Shown in pieces: positions 21,138-32,054 of a DNA stretch of 64,000 nucleotides. Location: positions 188,916 to 252,915 of the forward strand of contig JBASAM010000052.1 in NCBI GenBank assembly GCA_049650605.1, read 5' to 3'. Source of the stretch: Rhodococcus sp. (in: high G+C Gram-positive bacteria) (GTDB taxonomy: Bacteria; Actinomycetota; Actinomycetes; Mycobacteriales; Mycobacteriaceae). The first letter of the stretch is position 1; each line of letters opens with the position of its first letter. The notes below the pieces were generated by a model. That model had not been told where the DNA came from and ran no database searches. It saw only the letters and a program-made list of their open reading frames with translations. The position numbers and the translations under genes are program-made.

Positions 21138-22106
21138 TCAGCGTCGCGCGAGAATCAGGGCGAACCGAGAGTCCGCGTCGGTCCAGAACTCCTGCACCGA
21201 CAGGCCCGCTGCTGCGAGCTCACCCGTGATCGACTCACGACGGAACTTCGCGGAGATCTCGGTGCGCATCTCCTCACCCTCGCCGAAGGTGACGTCCAGA
21301 TCGAGCGCCTCCACCCGGACGGTGTGCGCGCGGCGTGCACGGAGCCGCATTTCGATCCACTCGTTGCGCTCGTCCCAGACCGCGACGTGCTCGAAGTCGT
21401 CGGCGTCGAACGTGGCGCCCAGAGTCCCGTTCAGCACGGACAGCACGTTCAGATCGAAGCTGGCTGTGACGCCCTCGGCATCGTCGTACGCGGGCACCAT
21501 GATTGCCGGATCGATCACCAGTCCGACCCCGAGCAGCAGGTGCTCCCCCGCCTCGAGGGTGCGGGCGATGTCGTCGAGGAAGTCGGCTCGCTCCTCCGGC
21601 ACCAGATTGCCCAGCGTTCCGCCCAGGAACGCGATGGTGCGCCGGCCGCCGGACGGCAATGTGCGCAGCGTGTCGGTGAAGTCGCTGACGACCCCGTGCA
21701 CGTCGAGGCCGGGGTACTCGCGGGAGATCTCCTCCATGGCACCGGTGAGGGCCGACGGCGACACGTCCTGCGGTACATAGCGGGTGAGCGAGCCGTGCTC
21801 GAGCCCGGCGGACAGAAGAAGGCGAGTCTTGTCGCTCGATCCCGACCCGAGTTCGACCAGCACCTCACAATCGGTGACCCGCGCGATGTCCGACGCCCGT
21901 TCCGCGAGCAGCGCGCGCTCGGTGCGTGTGGGATAGTACTCGTCCAGCTCGGTGATGCGCTCGAAGAGCTCGCTGCCGACGGCATCGTAGAAGTACTTGG
22001 GAGGCAGCCATTTCGGGCTCGCAGTGAGCCCACGCATCGCGTCGTCTCGGAGCGATTTCTCCAGATCGTCGGCGGTGATGTGAATGTCGAGCGACGGCGC
22101 GGTCAT
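21138..22106 (-). CDS. egtD: L-histidine N-alpha-methyltransferase
   Basis: MTAPSLDIHITADD...PKYFYDAVGSELFERITELDEYYPTRTE. The ATG at 22106 is preceded by AGGAG. Confidence 0.9.
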   Translation of the reverse strand: MTAPSLDIHITADDLEKSLRDDAMRGLTASPKWLPPKYFYDAVGSELFERITELDEYYPTRTERALLAERASDIARVTDCEVLVELGSGSSDKTRLLLSAGLEHGSLTRYVPQDVSPSALTGAMEEISREYPGLDVHGVVSDFTDTLRTLPSGGRRTIAFLGGTLGNLVPEERADFLDDIARTLEAGEHLLLGVGLVIDPAIMVPAYDDAEGVTASFDLNVLSVLNGTLGATFDADDFEHVAVWDERNEWIEMRLRARRAHTVRVEALDLDVTFGEGEEMRTEISAKFRRESITGELAAAGLSVQEFWTDADSRFALILARR

Positions 22107-22171
22107 GAGGAACTCCTGTGTGTCAACTGCTCGAGGTAGTGCCGGGGCGGGTATTGCTGGTGGGAGTGACA

Positions 22172-22903
22172 TCAGAGCGGGTCGATGTGCAGCGAACCTA
22201 TGCCGGCTCGGACCAGGTGCCTGTCCGGCACCGGCTCCCATCCGGGCCGATCGTCCAGCGGTTCGGAGGAGACGATGACACTGCTCTCGTCTCGGTAAAC
22301 AGACAGCGAGTGATACAGCGTGGTGGCCCACAGCGATTCACCGTCGCCCAGTAGAAAGTTGAGCCGGGACGCCGGCGCGGCGGCATCGGCCTCGGTTACC
22401 ACACCGCCAACCGCCTCGGCGGGATCCATTGCGATCAGGCGTTCCCGCAGGATCGCCCACAGCACCGCGGAATCGGTCGGCGCCGGAAGCGTCATCAATG
22501 CGTGCACCGGGAGATTCGACGCCATCGACGTGAGCGACTGAGGCCACCCCGAAACGACACCGTTGTGGCTGAACGCCCACTTGCCCGATACGAACGGAGC
22601 GCATGCGGACCTCTCGACCGGCATGCCCACCGTGGCCGATCGCACCGCGGCGAGTACGGCCGTCGACCGGACGTGAGTCAGCGTGTCGGTCACCGCGGGG
22701 TCGGACCACATCGGCATCGCACTGCGGAAGGCCGACGCCTCGCCGGCAGACCACCAGGCGGCGCCGAATCCGTCCGCGTTGACGGTGCCGCCACCGCGCA
22801 TGTTTCGCGGCGCCCACGTCTGCGACATCAAGGACGTCGGACCCGTCGTCACTACCTCGCCCACCGAGATGTCGGGGCCGAGATATCCGAGGTGACGGCA
22901 CAT
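22172..22903 (-). CDS. egtC: Ergothioneine biosynthesis amidohydrolase (class II glutamine amidotransferase)
   Basis: MCRHLGYLGP... shows the N-terminal nucleophile Cys2. Confidence 0.88.
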   Translation of the reverse strand: MCRHLGYLGPDISVGEVVTTGPTSLMSQTWAPRNMRGGGTVNADGFGAAWWSAGEASAFRSAMPMWSDPAVTDTLTHVRSTAVLAAVRSATVGMPVERSACAPFVSGKWAFSHNGVVSGWPQSLTSMASNLPVHALMTLPAPTDSAVLWAILRERLIAMDPAEAVGGVVTEADAAAPASRLNFLLGDGESLWATTLYHSLSVYRDESSVIVSSEPLDDRPGWEPVPDRHLVRAGIGSLHIDPL

Positions 22904-22906
22904 GAC

Positions 22907-24235
22907 CTAGGCGGTCCCGACGTCACGCGCGCAGCGGAAGCCGGCGAAAATCTGCCGCCGGATAGGGTGATCCCAGTTTCGGAAGGTCGCGCGCACGGCG
23001 GAGGAGTCGGTACCGAAAGATCCGCCGCGGAGCACCTTGTAGTCCCCGCCGAAGAAAACTTCCGAGTACTCGGGGTACGGGAACATCTCGAAGCCGGGGT
23101 ACGGGTCGAAGCCGGACGACGTCCATTCCCACACGTCGCCCATCAGCTGCTCGACGCCCAACGCCGACGCACCCTCGGGGTACGAGCCGACATCGGCAGG
23201 CTCGAGATGGCGCTGGCCGAGGTTGGCGTGCACGTCCCCCGCGTCGCCCTCGCCCCACGGATGCCGACGCGATTCGCCGGTGGCCGGGTCGAACCGCGCC
23301 GCTTTCTCCCATTCCGCTTCGCTGGGCAGCCGCTTACCTACCCACCGGGCGTAGGCGTCGGCCTCGAACCAGCTGACATGCACCACGGGTTGGAGAGGTC
23401 GAATCTGCTTGTGCTCACCGAACACTCGGCGCCACCACAGACCGTCGGCGCCGGTTGTCCAGAACTGCGGCGCGGTGAGGTCCGCGTCGATGCGATGCTG
23501 CCAGCCGCGTTCGCTCCAGAGTTCCTCGCGGTCGTATCCACCGTCGGCGATGAAGCGGATGTAGTCGCCGTTGGTCACCGGAACCGCGTCGATCGCGAAC
23601 GTGGGCACGTCCACCGAATGCGCGGGCCGCTCGTTGTCCAGCGCCCATCTGTCGGTGCTGGTACCCATCTCGAACGCGCCTCCCGGAACGATCACCTCGA
23701 CGTCGCCGGTCGAGGGGACCTCGGCGCGCGGCGAGTCCGGAGCGTGTAGCACGGCAGGCCCGCTGCGAAGCTGGTGCGTCGCCAGCATGGTCTCGTCGTG
23801 TTGCTGCTCGTGCTGAGCCACCATTGCGAAGACGAATCCGTCCCGGGTCAACCGGCTGCTGTCGAAATCGCACTGCCGCAACGCATCGGCAGACAGGCGA
23901 CGCACCTCGGCGGCGTAGTCGCGCGCTTCCGACGGTGTCAACAACGGCAGGCCGGGGCGGGAGGAGCGGGAATGGCGAAACGCGTCGTAGAGGTCGTCGA
24001 TCTCGGCCCTGATCGGATCGAATCCGCCGACGTCGCGGGCCAACCACAACTCTTCCTGGTTTCCGATGTGCGCAAGATCCCACACCAGTGGGCTCATCAG
24101 CGGCGATACCTGTTCGCGAAGCTGATCGTCGTCCAGGCAGTCGGTGAGCAACAGAGTCCTGGCCCGGCTTCGTCGCAGCATCGCGGCGACTTTCTCACGA
24201 ATTTCGGTTCGATCGACCGTCATGTTCGTCGTCAT
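22907..24235 (-). CDS. egtB: Hercynine oxygenase (DinB-like plus FGE-sulfatase domains)
   Basis: 442 aa. LVWDLAHIGNQEE lies in the DinB-like N-terminal domain. GDVWEWTSS and NWDHPIRRQIFAGFRCA lie in the C-terminal domain. Confidence 0.9.
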   Translation of the reverse strand: MTTNMTVDRTEIREKVAAMLRRSRARTLLLTDCLDDDQLREQVSPLMSPLVWDLAHIGNQEELWLARDVGGFDPIRAEIDDLYDAFRHSRSSRPGLPLLTPSEARDYAAEVRRLSADALRQCDFDSSRLTRDGFVFAMVAQHEQQHDETMLATHQLRSGPAVLHAPDSPRAEVPSTGDVEVIVPGGAFEMGTSTDRWALDNERPAHSVDVPTFAIDAVPVTNGDYIRFIADGGYDREELWSERGWQHRIDADLTAPQFWTTGADGLWWRRVFGEHKQIRPLQPVVHVSWFEADAYARWVGKRLPSEAEWEKAARFDPATGESRRHPWGEGDAGDVHANLGQRHLEPADVGSYPEGASALGVEQLMGDVWEWTSSGFDPYPGFEMFPYPEYSEVFFGGDYKVLRGGSFGTDSSAVRATFRNWDHPIRRQIFAGFRCARDVGTA

Positions 24236-25494
24236 AGCGAAAATTCCTTCTGCGCATCGTCTCGTGGTCGACTGTGGTCTGCCGCCCCCACTGTGTCGGG
24301 CTCGGGCGGTGTGCCCGTGCGGCAGCGGCGGGCGGCCGCGGCCAATCGGTCCTTCGCGACACCGTCAGAGGCATCGGCGGCCAGGTACAGCAGATCCGTA
24401 GCCGCCGACCGCAGATCAGCGTCGGCCAAGCCGTCGCGTGCAGCGTCTTCCCACCGGTTGACCGTGTGCAACACCATGGTTCGAGCCTCGGCCGCCACGG
24501 TGTCGGTGGACAGCAGCGCGTCCACCGCGTGGATCGGTACATCCCACATACCGTCGGGTTGGCCGTCCAGATACCTGACTTCGAGGTAACCGCTGGCGCG
24601 CACCAGCGGAAACGCCGTCGTCAGGTGGTACTCGAGATCGGCGACGGTGGGACGCCGACCCATCTGGTCGTCCACGTCTCCACTCAACCACTGCGCGAAG
24701 GTGGCCTCCGTCTGCGGCTCGAACAGTTCGCCGCCGCGTCGCACGCACAGCAGTGGCACGTCCAACACCCACCGGGCGTAGTCGGCAGCCGGATCCACGC
24801 CGAGGGGAACTCGGGTTCGCGTGCGATCGAGCTCGAACCAGGACCGCATGCGTTGCGACGCCCACGCGCCATCCGGTGCACCGTGGAGCCTGGATGTGGT
24901 GGCGAACGCCGCCAGCAGCGCCGGACCGATCGCGTGCAGGGTGGCCCACCGATCTCTGATCTGCTCGTCGCTGCCACCTGCGTCGACGCTGATCTGCACG
25001 GCGGCGGTGTTGCACATCATGAGCTTGCCGAAGGGCCCGAACTGCTCGAACCGACGTTCCATGGCGCGATACCGCGGCAGGGTCAGGAGCCGTTCGGGTG
25101 GTCGCACCTCGTCGGCGCCACCACCGTGAATCGTGATGTGGTGCCGTGCAAGCAGATCGGCCAACTGGTGCTGATCGGCACGAAGGGCGTCGACCAACCG
25201 ATCGGCGGAAGTTGCGGGGGAACTGGACAATTCGACCTGGCCGCCGGGCTCGACGGAAACAACACTTCCGGAACGGAGGGCGAGAGCGGGCGAATCGGAC
25301 CGAAGAGACTGCGGGGTATGTGAACCCAGCGCATCGGCGAGAGCATCGAGGGAGGGACGTGCGCCGGATGGCGTCCGAGTGAACCATTCCAACTCGGCAC
25401 CCACCAGGGCAGGTGGGCCGACCTTGAAGCAGACCCGCGCGAGGTACGCCTCCGCGGCCGGACGCGAACTGAGATCGCTGGAACTGGCCGTCAT
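24232..25494 (-). CDS. egtA: Glutamate-cysteine ligase family 2 (EgtA)
   Basis: VGAELEWFT... The ATG at 25494 is preceded by GGAGG; the track ORF start at 25734 gives an unsupported 80-aa extension. Confidence 0.85.
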   Translation of the reverse strand: MTASSSDLSSRPAAEAYLARVCFKVGPPALVGAELEWFTRTPSGARPSLDALADALGSHTPQSLRSDSPALALRSGSVVSVEPGGQVELSSSPATSADRLVDALRADQHQLADLLARHHITIHGGGADEVRPPERLLTLPRYRAMERRFEQFGPFGKLMMCNTAAVQISVDAGGSDEQIRDRWATLHAIGPALLAAFATTSRLHGAPDGAWASQRMRSWFELDRTRTRVPLGVDPAADYARWVLDVPLLCVRRGGELFEPQTEATFAQWLSGDVDDQMGRRPTVADLEYHLTTAFPLVRASGYLEVRYLDGQPDGMWDVPIHAVDALLSTDTVAAEARTMVLHTVNRWEDAARDGLADADLRSAATDLLYLAADASDGVAKDRLAAAARRCRTGTPPEPDTVGAADHSRPRDDAQKEFSL

Positions 25495-25594
25495 GGATGC
25501 CTCCGCTCGATACGAGAACTCGACACGCGAGTCCCTGTAGTGCTCTACCCCGGCAGGCTCGACAATAACCGTTCTCCGTCGTCGGCCGCTTGTA

Positions 25595-26818
25595 GTGTCG
25601 GTAGCAATGACCGAACGCGACGCACTTTCAGCTGACGAACTGGCGCTCGTCCGCGCCGACACCCCTGCGGCAGACACCGGGGTGTTCCTCGATAGCGCCG
25701 GGTCCTCGCTCCCGCCGCGGCAGGTGGTGGACACGGTCGTCGGCCATCTGCGCCGGGAAGCCGAGATCGGCGGTTACCGCGCCGCCCGCGAACGCGCCGA
25801 CGACGTCGCTGCCGTTCGACACTCCGTTGGACGCCTCATCGGCGCCCCGGCCGAGACCATCGCGCTCTCCGACAGCGCCACGAGAGCGTGGTGCGACTTC
25901 TTCTACTCGATCCCTCTCGAACGAGGCGACCGCATCCTGATTTCCTCCGTCGAATACGCGACCAACGCGATCGCCGCGTTGCAACGCGCACGGGCCACCG
26001 GAGCCGTCGTCGAGACCATCCCGATCGATGCCGCCGGAACCATCGACCTCGACGCGCTGGCGACGATGATGGACGACCGCGTCGCCGTGGTCTCGCTGGT
26101 GCACGCTCCGACCAATGGCGGCCTGCTGAACCCGGTGCGCGAGATCTCCGACATGGCGCACCGGCACGGCGCGCTGGTACTGCTCGACGCGTGCCAGTCG
26201 CTGGGCCAGGTGGCGCTGGACGTCGAGGAGTTGGGTGTCGACGCGGTGTCGGCGACCGGACGCAAGTGGCTGCGCGGTCCGCGCGGCACCGGGTTCCTCC
26301 ACGTCGCAGAGTCGGTGATCAAAACCATCGAGCCCCGGTCTTTGGACCTCTACAGCGCGTCGTGGACGGGTCCCGACACGTTTTCCATCGCCGACGACGC
26401 CACCCGCTTCGAGACGTGGGAGCACGACGTCGCGGCTCGCCTCGGCCTCGGCGCAGCGGTCGACTACCTCCTCGACCTGGGTGCCGCGACGGTCGAGGCT
26501 GCCGTTCGCTTCCGCGCCGAACGGCTGCGATCTGCATTGTCGGAGACGACTGGCATCGTCGTGCACGATCTCGGGGACACGCGCACAGGCATCGTGACGT
26601 TCACGATCGAGGGTATGGAAGCCGCCGCGGTCAAGGACGCGTTGGCCGCCCGCGACGTCACGGTCACGGTGAGCTCGGCGTCGTCGACATTGCTCGACAT
26701 GACCAGGCGCGGACTCGACTCGATCGTGCGCGCGTCACCCCACTACTTCCTCACCACCGATCAGATCGACCGCGCGGCCGCCGACTGCCGTGCACTGGCC
26801 GAGGCGATTCGCCAATGA
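25595..26818 (+). CDS. egtE: Class-V aminotransferase-fold PLP enzyme, probable hercynylcysteine sulfoxide lyase
   Basis: DSAGSSLPP, HAPTNGG and SATGRKWLRGPRGTGFLHV (PLP-Lys context) are present. It is divergent from egtABCD. An alternative start is the ATG at 25607. Confidence 0.7.
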   Translation: MSVAMTERDALSADELALVRADTPAADTGVFLDSAGSSLPPRQVVDTVVGHLRREAEIGGYRAARERADDVAAVRHSVGRLIGAPAETIALSDSATRAWCDFFYSIPLERGDRILISSVEYATNAIAALQRARATGAVVETIPIDAAGTIDLDALATMMDDRVAVVSLVHAPTNGGLLNPVREISDMAHRHGALVLLDACQSLGQVALDVEELGVDAVSATGRKWLRGPRGTGFLHVAESVIKTIEPRSLDLYSASWTGPDTFSIADDATRFETWEHDVAARLGLGAAVDYLLDLGAATVEAAVRFRAERLRSALSETTGIVVHDLGDTRTGIVTFTIEGMEAAAVKDALAARDVTVTVSSASSTLLDMTRRGLDSIVRASPHYFLTTDQIDRAAADCRALAEAIRQ

Positions 26819-26998
26819 AGACCGTCGTCGGGTAATGTTCCCGAGGTTGTCTCGGCGAGGGTGATGGTTCCGCTTCAGCGGGAAGGTCACCGTGATCGAC
26901 GCAGGCGCGGTCTTTTTCTTCTCGGCCGTCCTCGTCCGTGTCCACGCCGGGCGAGCAGTACCCGCCGCACCTGTCTTTCACGAGGAGATACGCCACCC

Positions 26999-27664
26999 AT
27001 GGCCAAGACCAATTCGATCACCGCGACCACCCGCACCGAGTTCGGCAAGGGCGCCGCACGTCGCACCCGCCGCGACGGCATGGTGCCTGCCGTTCTGTAC
27101 GGCCACTCCACCGATCCCAAGCACCTCGCACTTCCCTCGCGTGAGTTCTCTGCCATCCTGCGTAACGACGGCACCAACGCCGTCATCGAGATCGACGTCG
27201 ACGGCGAAAAGCACCTCGCGCTGACCAAGTCGATCGTCGTTCACCCGATCCGCCCGTACATCGAGCACGCCGACCTGCTGGTCATCCGCCGCGGCGAGAA
27301 GGTCAGCGTCGAAATCAACATCGTCGTCGACGGCGACGCCGCTCCCGGCGCGCTGGTCTACACCGACGCCAACGTCATCGAGATCGAGGTCGACGCCGCC
27401 CAGATCCCCGACCAGTTCGAGGTCTCCGTCGAGGGCGCCGAGATCGGCACGCAGATCTACGCCGGCTCGATCGAATTGCCCTCGGGCGCAGAACTCATCT
27501 CCGATCCCGAGCTCCTGCTGGTCAACGTCGTCGAGGCGCCCAGTGAGGCAGCCCTCGAGGCCGAGGGAGCGGGCGATCTCGCCAGCAACGTCGCGGCCGA
27601 GGAAGACGAAGCCGTCGAGGACAGCTCGGCAGCCGACGAGGCCGACACCTCCAGCGACAGCTGA
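26999..27664 (+). CDS. rplY: 50S ribosomal protein L25 / general stress protein Ctc
   Basis: [36 protein letters not shown] is followed by an acidic C-terminal tail. A GAGGAG Shine-Dalgarno is present. Confidence 0.93.
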   Translation: MAKTNSITATTRTEFGKGAARRTRRDGMVPAVLYGHSTDPKHLALPSREFSAILRNDGTNAVIEIDVDGEKHLALTKSIVVHPIRPYIEHADLLVIRRGEKVSVEINIVVDGDAAPGALVYTDANVIEIEVDAAQIPDQFEVSVEGAEIGTQIYAGSIELPSGAELISDPELLLVNVVEAPSEAALEAEGAGDLASNVAAEEDEAVEDSSAADEADTSSDS

Positions 27665-27748
27665 CACACCCCCGTCGACGATGCGGCGCGCCTCCTGGTT
27701 CCACCGGGCGGCGCGCCGTTGTCGTTCCAGTGAAAGTGATTGCGACAC

Positions 27749-28327
27749 ATGAACGATCGGCCGGCACTGGTCATCGGGCTGGGCAACCCGGGGCCGAAGT
27801 ACGAACGCACGCGGCACAACGTCGGGGCCGTCGTGGTCGATGCACTTGCCGCCCGCATGCACGGGTCGTTCTCGGCGCACAAACGCAGCAACAGTGACGT
27901 GCTACAGGCACGTCTCGGTGATCGGCCCGTCGTACTGGGCAAACCGCGCTCGTACATGAACGAGTCCGGCGGACCCGTCGTCGGGCTCGCACGCTTCTTC
28001 TCGGTTGCGCCGACGGACATCATCGTCGTGCACGACGAACTCGACGTCGACCTCGGGCACGTCCGCCTCAAGTTCGGTGGCGGCGAGGGAGGACACAACG
28101 GGTTGCGCTCGATTTCCACGTCTCTGTCCACCAAGGACTATCTGCGCGTGCGCGTCGGTGTGGGCCGTCCGCCCGGACGTATGGATCCGGCGTCCTACGT
28201 CCTCAAGCCCTTCGCCCCGGCCGAGCGCGACGAGTTGTCCATCGTCATCGAGGAAGCCGCCGACGCGGTGGAGTTGCTGCTGAAGACGAGCCTCGAGGAT
28301 GCGCAGAACCGCGTGCACCGCCCCTGA
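27749..28327 (+). CDS. pth: Peptidyl-tRNA hydrolase
   Basis: [26 protein letters not shown] is present. The track start at 27740 is a TTG three codons upstream. Confidence 0.93.
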   Translation: MNDRPALVIGLGNPGPKYERTRHNVGAVVVDALAARMHGSFSAHKRSNSDVLQARLGDRPVVLGKPRSYMNESGGPVVGLARFFSVAPTDIIVVHDELDVDLGHVRLKFGGGEGGHNGLRSISTSLSTKDYLRVRVGVGRPPGRMDPASYVLKPFAPAERDELSIVIEEAADAVELLLKTSLEDAQNRVHRP

Positions 28328-28364
28328 CGACCGCGCCCCCACAGCTACTGACCCCGCCCTCCAC

Positions 28365-28416
28365 ATCGACTGAAGGGCACCTTCACTCGGTTAGATCGAC
28401 TGAAGGTGCCCTTCAG
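28365..28416. repeat. Composite palindromic element / bidirectional terminator between pth and the FAAL gene
   Basis: Perfect 16-bp inverted arms, CTGAAGGGCACCTTCA (28370-28385) and TGAAGGTGCCCTTCAG (28401-28416). Each arm is itself a GAAGG-NNN-CCTTC mini-hairpin. The 12-nt direct repeat ATCGACTGAAGG occurs at 28365 and 28395. Confidence 0.6.
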
Positions 28417-28435
28417 TAGGACTGGTAGGGGTGCG

Positions 28436-30100
28436 TCAGCCGAGGAGCGCGGCAGAATTGGCGCGCCGGAGCTTGCCGGACGAGGTCTTGGGAATCATGC
28501 CGGGGCCGAGGACGGCGACCGTGCGGGGCCGCACTCCGACCTCGCTGAACACCGCGTGCACGATGTCGTGTTCGATCCGTTTCACGGCGTCCGGGTCGCC
28601 GATCTCGTTGGTCTCGGCGGCCACGGCGAAACTCTCACGCTTGTCCCCCGCGTCCAGTCGGATAGCCACGGCATTGCCGGGTCGCACTCCCGCCACCGTG
28701 TTCACCGCTCGTTCGATGTCCGTGGGATAGATGTTGCGGCCGCCCATGATGATGACGTCCTTGATCCGGCCGCACACCACCACCAGACCCTCGTCGGTGA
28801 AGTACGCGATGTCACCGGTGTCGAGCCACCCGTCGCTGTCCTGCGTCGCAACCGGGCCGTCGACGGTGATGTACCCGGGGGTGACCGCCTTGCCGCGCAC
28901 CTGCAGCACACCGACTGCTCGAGTGGGGAGCACCTGCCCCTCGTTGTCGATGATTCGGCCTTCGAGGCCCGGCACCATCGGCCCCAACGTGGCCAGACGT
29001 CGCACGTTGCCCTTGGTCGAGGGCACTGCGCGGCCCATGACCTCGAGCAGGTCGGCGTCGACCTCGTCGAGCACCTGCCCCTGGTTCGGGACCGGCAGCG
29101 AGACGGCGAGGGTCGTTTCGGCCATGCCGTACACGGGAGCGAGCGCGGTGGGTGCCAAGCCGAACCGGGCTCCTGCGTCCGCCAGTGCGAGCATCGTGTC
29201 GGGGTCGACCGGTTCGGCGCCGTTCCAGGCGTAACGCAGCGACGACATGTCGAGCGAGAGATCGTCCGGTGCCTGCCTGAGCCGACGCGCGAGCAGCGAA
29301 TAGGCGAAGTTCGGAGCCGCGGTGACGGTGCCCCGGTACTTGTCGATCAGGTGTGCCCAGAGCAGCGGTGAGCGCAGGAAATCCAACGGCGTGATGCTGA
29401 CGACTTCGGCGCCCACCTGCATCGGCACCGACAGGAAGCCCACCATGCCCATGTCGTGGAAGAGCGGCAGCCAGCTGACCATGACGTCGGAGGCGAAGTC
29501 GTACTCGATGCGATCGATCATCGCGTAGGCGTTGACGTAGAAGTTCTCGTGGGTGATGCGCACGGCCTTCGGCGATCCGGTGGACCCCGAGGTGAGTTGC
29601 TGCAGGGCGATGTCGGTTTCGTCGGTGTGGACCGGGTCGATGTCGTCACCGCGGCGTAGGTCGTCCACCGTCAGGACGGTGATGCCGCGCTCCTCCAAGA
29701 TGGACGCGGCGGCATCGAACGGCGCTCCCAGGACCACTGCGGTGCAGTCGATCATCCGGATGACGGCTTCGGTGTCCGCGCCCCACACCGCGAGATCCGT
29801 ACGTGGGGTGGGCTGATGCAACATCGTCACCGACGCCCCGCGCATCCACGCGGCCTGGCAGGACGGCGCGATATCGACCGGCAGACCGGCCAGCACTCCG
29901 ATGGCGTCACCACGCGACACTCCGGCCGCGGCGAGTCCACCCGCCATGCACCGGGCGACGGCGTGAATGTCGCCCCACGTCTGGCGTACCGGAGCGTCAG
30001 GCTCACCGGTGACGAGTCCCCGGTCGGTGCGAGCGGCGGTCGCATACATCTCTTCGGTGAACTTGCTCAACGTTGCCTCTCCTTGCTCGTCGACGTGCAC
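28436..30100 (-). CDS. Fatty-acyl-AMP ligase / AMP-dependent synthetase (Rv1013 pks16-like)
   Basis: LSKFTEEMY..., [12 protein letters not shown] and a C-terminal SSGKLRR are present. The start is a GTG at 30100. Confidence 0.85.
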   Translation of the reverse strand: MHVDEQGEATLSKFTEEMYATAARTDRGLVTGEPDAPVRQTWGDIHAVARCMAGGLAAAGVSRGDAIGVLAGLPVDIAPSCQAAWMRGASVTMLHQPTPRTDLAVWGADTEAVIRMIDCTAVVLGAPFDAAASILEERGITVLTVDDLRRGDDIDPVHTDETDIALQQLTSGSTGSPKAVRITHENFYVNAYAMIDRIEYDFASDVMVSWLPLFHDMGMVGFLSVPMQVGAEVVSITPLDFLRSPLLWAHLIDKYRGTVTAAPNFAYSLLARRLRQAPDDLSLDMSSLRYAWNGAEPVDPDTMLALADAGARFGLAPTALAPVYGMAETTLAVSLPVPNQGQVLDEVDADLLEVMGRAVPSTKGNVRRLATLGPMVPGLEGRIIDNEGQVLPTRAVGVLQVRGKAVTPGYITVDGPVATQDSDGWLDTGDIAYFTDEGLVVVCGRIKDVIIMGGRNIYPTDIERAVNTVAGVRPGNAVAIRLDAGDKRESFAVAAETNEIGDPDAVKRIEHDIVHAVFSEVGVRPRTVAVLGPGMIPKTSSGKLRRANSAALLG

Positions 30101-30222
30101 CGTGCTGCGTCGCGCACTCTCGATATATACGGAGTCGAGTGACCGGCGTTACGGAAGACGGACCCGGCGTGTCGGCCGAGTACCCTGGACACGTTCAGTT
30201 TCTCTACGCCCGAAAGGCCTTC

Positions 30223-31878
30223 GTGAGCACCCCGTCCGTCGATGCAGCGAACACCACTGCAGCCACCACCGCTGCGGACTCCACCGCCGGCACCTCCGCG
30301 CCGAAGAATCTTCGCCACGAGGTCGAGCGCCGCCGTACCTTCGCAGTCATCTCGCATCCGGACGCCGGCAAGTCGACGCTCACCGAGGCACTGGCCTTGC
30401 ACGCCCGCAAGATCTCCGAGGCCGGGGCCATCCACGGCAAGTCCGGCCGACGCTCGACGGTGTCCGACTGGATGGAGATGGAGAAGGCGCGCGGGATCTC
30501 GGTCAGTTCCACCGCGCTGCAGTTCGAGTACGCCGATCACACCATCAACTTGGTGGACACCCCCGGGCACGCCGACTTCTCCGAGGACACCTACCGCGTC
30601 CTCACCGCCGTCGACGCCGCCGTGATGCTCATCGATGCCGCGAAGGGCCTGGAACCGCAGACTCTCAAGCTGTTTCAGGTGTGCCGTCACCGCGGCATCC
30701 CGGTGATCACCGTGATCAACAAGTGGGACCGTCCCGGCCGTACCCCGCTCGAGCTACTGGACGAGATCGACGAGCGCATCGGGTTGACTCCGACTCCCCT
30801 GTACTGGCCCGTCGGTATCGCCGGCGACTTCAAAGGTCTTCTCGATGTCTCCGGGAACCAGTACGTGCACTTCACCCGAACCGCGGGCGGCGCCACCATC
30901 GCGCCCGAAGAGTTCATGGGTGCCGACGTCGCCGAGGCCCGTGAAGGGGACGACTGGACCACCGCCGTCGAGGAGAGCGAGCTGCTGGTCGAAAGCGGCC
31001 AGCACCACGACGAGGAGGCATTCCTCGCCGGGCGCACCTCACCGGTGATCTTTGCCTCGGCGATGCTGAACTTCGGGGTGCACCAGATTCTGGACACGCT
31101 GGTCTCCTTCGCACCGCCGCCCGGACCACGCCCCGACGTCGCCGGTGGCGAACGCGAGGTCACCGATCCGTTCAGCGCGGTCGTGTTCAAGGTGCAGGCC
31201 GGGATGGACACCGCACACCGCGACCGGCTGGCATTCATGCGCGTCGTCTCCGGCGTGTTCGAGCGCGGCATGGTGGTCACCCACGCGCAGACCGGCAAGC
31301 CGTTCACCACCAAATACGCGCTGACGGTGTTCGGCCGCGAGCGCACCACGGTGGAGAACGCCTACCCCGGCGACGTCGTGGGACTGGTCAACGCCAACGC
31401 TCTGGCTCCGGGCCACACGCTGTACGCGGACCGCAAGGTGGAGTTTCCGCCCATTCCGTCGTTCGCCCCCGAGCACTTCTCCGTACTGCGGGCCGAGAGC
31501 GCCAGCAAGTACAAACAGTTCCGGCGCGCAGTGGATCAGATGGACTCTGAGGGAGTCGTGCAGATCCTGCGCAACGACATCCGCGGCGACGCGTCCCCGG
31601 TGCTGGCCGCTGTGGGTCCGATGCAGTTCGAGGTGGTGTCGGCCAGGATGAAGTCCGAGTTCGGCGTCGAAGCTCGAATGGAACCGCTCGGCTATTCCAT
31701 CGCGCGACGCACCGACGCGGACTCCGCCGGCGAACTCGGCCGACAGCGTGGCGTCGAGGTGTTCACTCGCAGCGACGGCGTGATGCTAGCACTGGTGAGC
31801 GACCGCTGGCGCTTGCAGTACATCCAGAAGGAGTTGCCGGAACTCACGCTGGAGCGCCTGGTAGCTGCGGCGGACTGA
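30223..31878 (+). CDS. prfC: Peptide chain release factor 3
   Basis: RRTFAVISHPDAGKSTLTE, DTPGHADF and NKWD are present. The start (GTG at 30223) is uncertain. Confidence 0.9.
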   Translation: MSTPSVDAANTTAATTAADSTAGTSAPKNLRHEVERRRTFAVISHPDAGKSTLTEALALHARKISEAGAIHGKSGRRSTVSDWMEMEKARGISVSSTALQFEYADHTINLVDTPGHADFSEDTYRVLTAVDAAVMLIDAAKGLEPQTLKLFQVCRHRGIPVITVINKWDRPGRTPLELLDEIDERIGLTPTPLYWPVGIAGDFKGLLDVSGNQYVHFTRTAGGATIAPEEFMGADVAEAREGDDWTTAVEESELLVESGQHHDEEAFLAGRTSPVIFASAMLNFGVHQILDTLVSFAPPPGPRPDVAGGEREVTDPFSAVVFKVQAGMDTAHRDRLAFMRVVSGVFERGMVVTHAQTGKPFTTKYALTVFGRERTTVENAYPGDVVGLVNANALAPGHTLYADRKVEFPPIPSFAPEHFSVLRAESASKYKQFRRAVDQMDSEGVVQILRNDIRGDASPVLAAVGPMQFEVVSARMKSEFGVEARMEPLGYSIARRTDADSAGELGRQRGVEVFTRSDGVMLALVSDRWRLQYIQKELPELTLERLVAAAD

Positions 31879-32054
31879 ATTGGGAGATCTCGCCCAGTTC
31901 CTACCCAGTTTCTGGAGTGCACAACAATTGTTTGGGCAATATCTGGTCGAATAAGCAATCTCGTGGTAGTTTTTGTCGGTACGAGCATACTTCTGGTTTG
32001 TTACGGTGGAAGTACTCGAGACAAGTAACGAGACGATCGAGGAGTAGTCCGAGC

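Noticed and set aside
28365-28416. Whether the repeated ATCGACTGAAGG units could be a CRISPR array or minimal array
   Set aside because: There are only two copies, the arms are mutually complementary rather than direct repeats with unique spacers, and no cas genes lie nearby. I interpreted it as a palindromic or terminator element instead.
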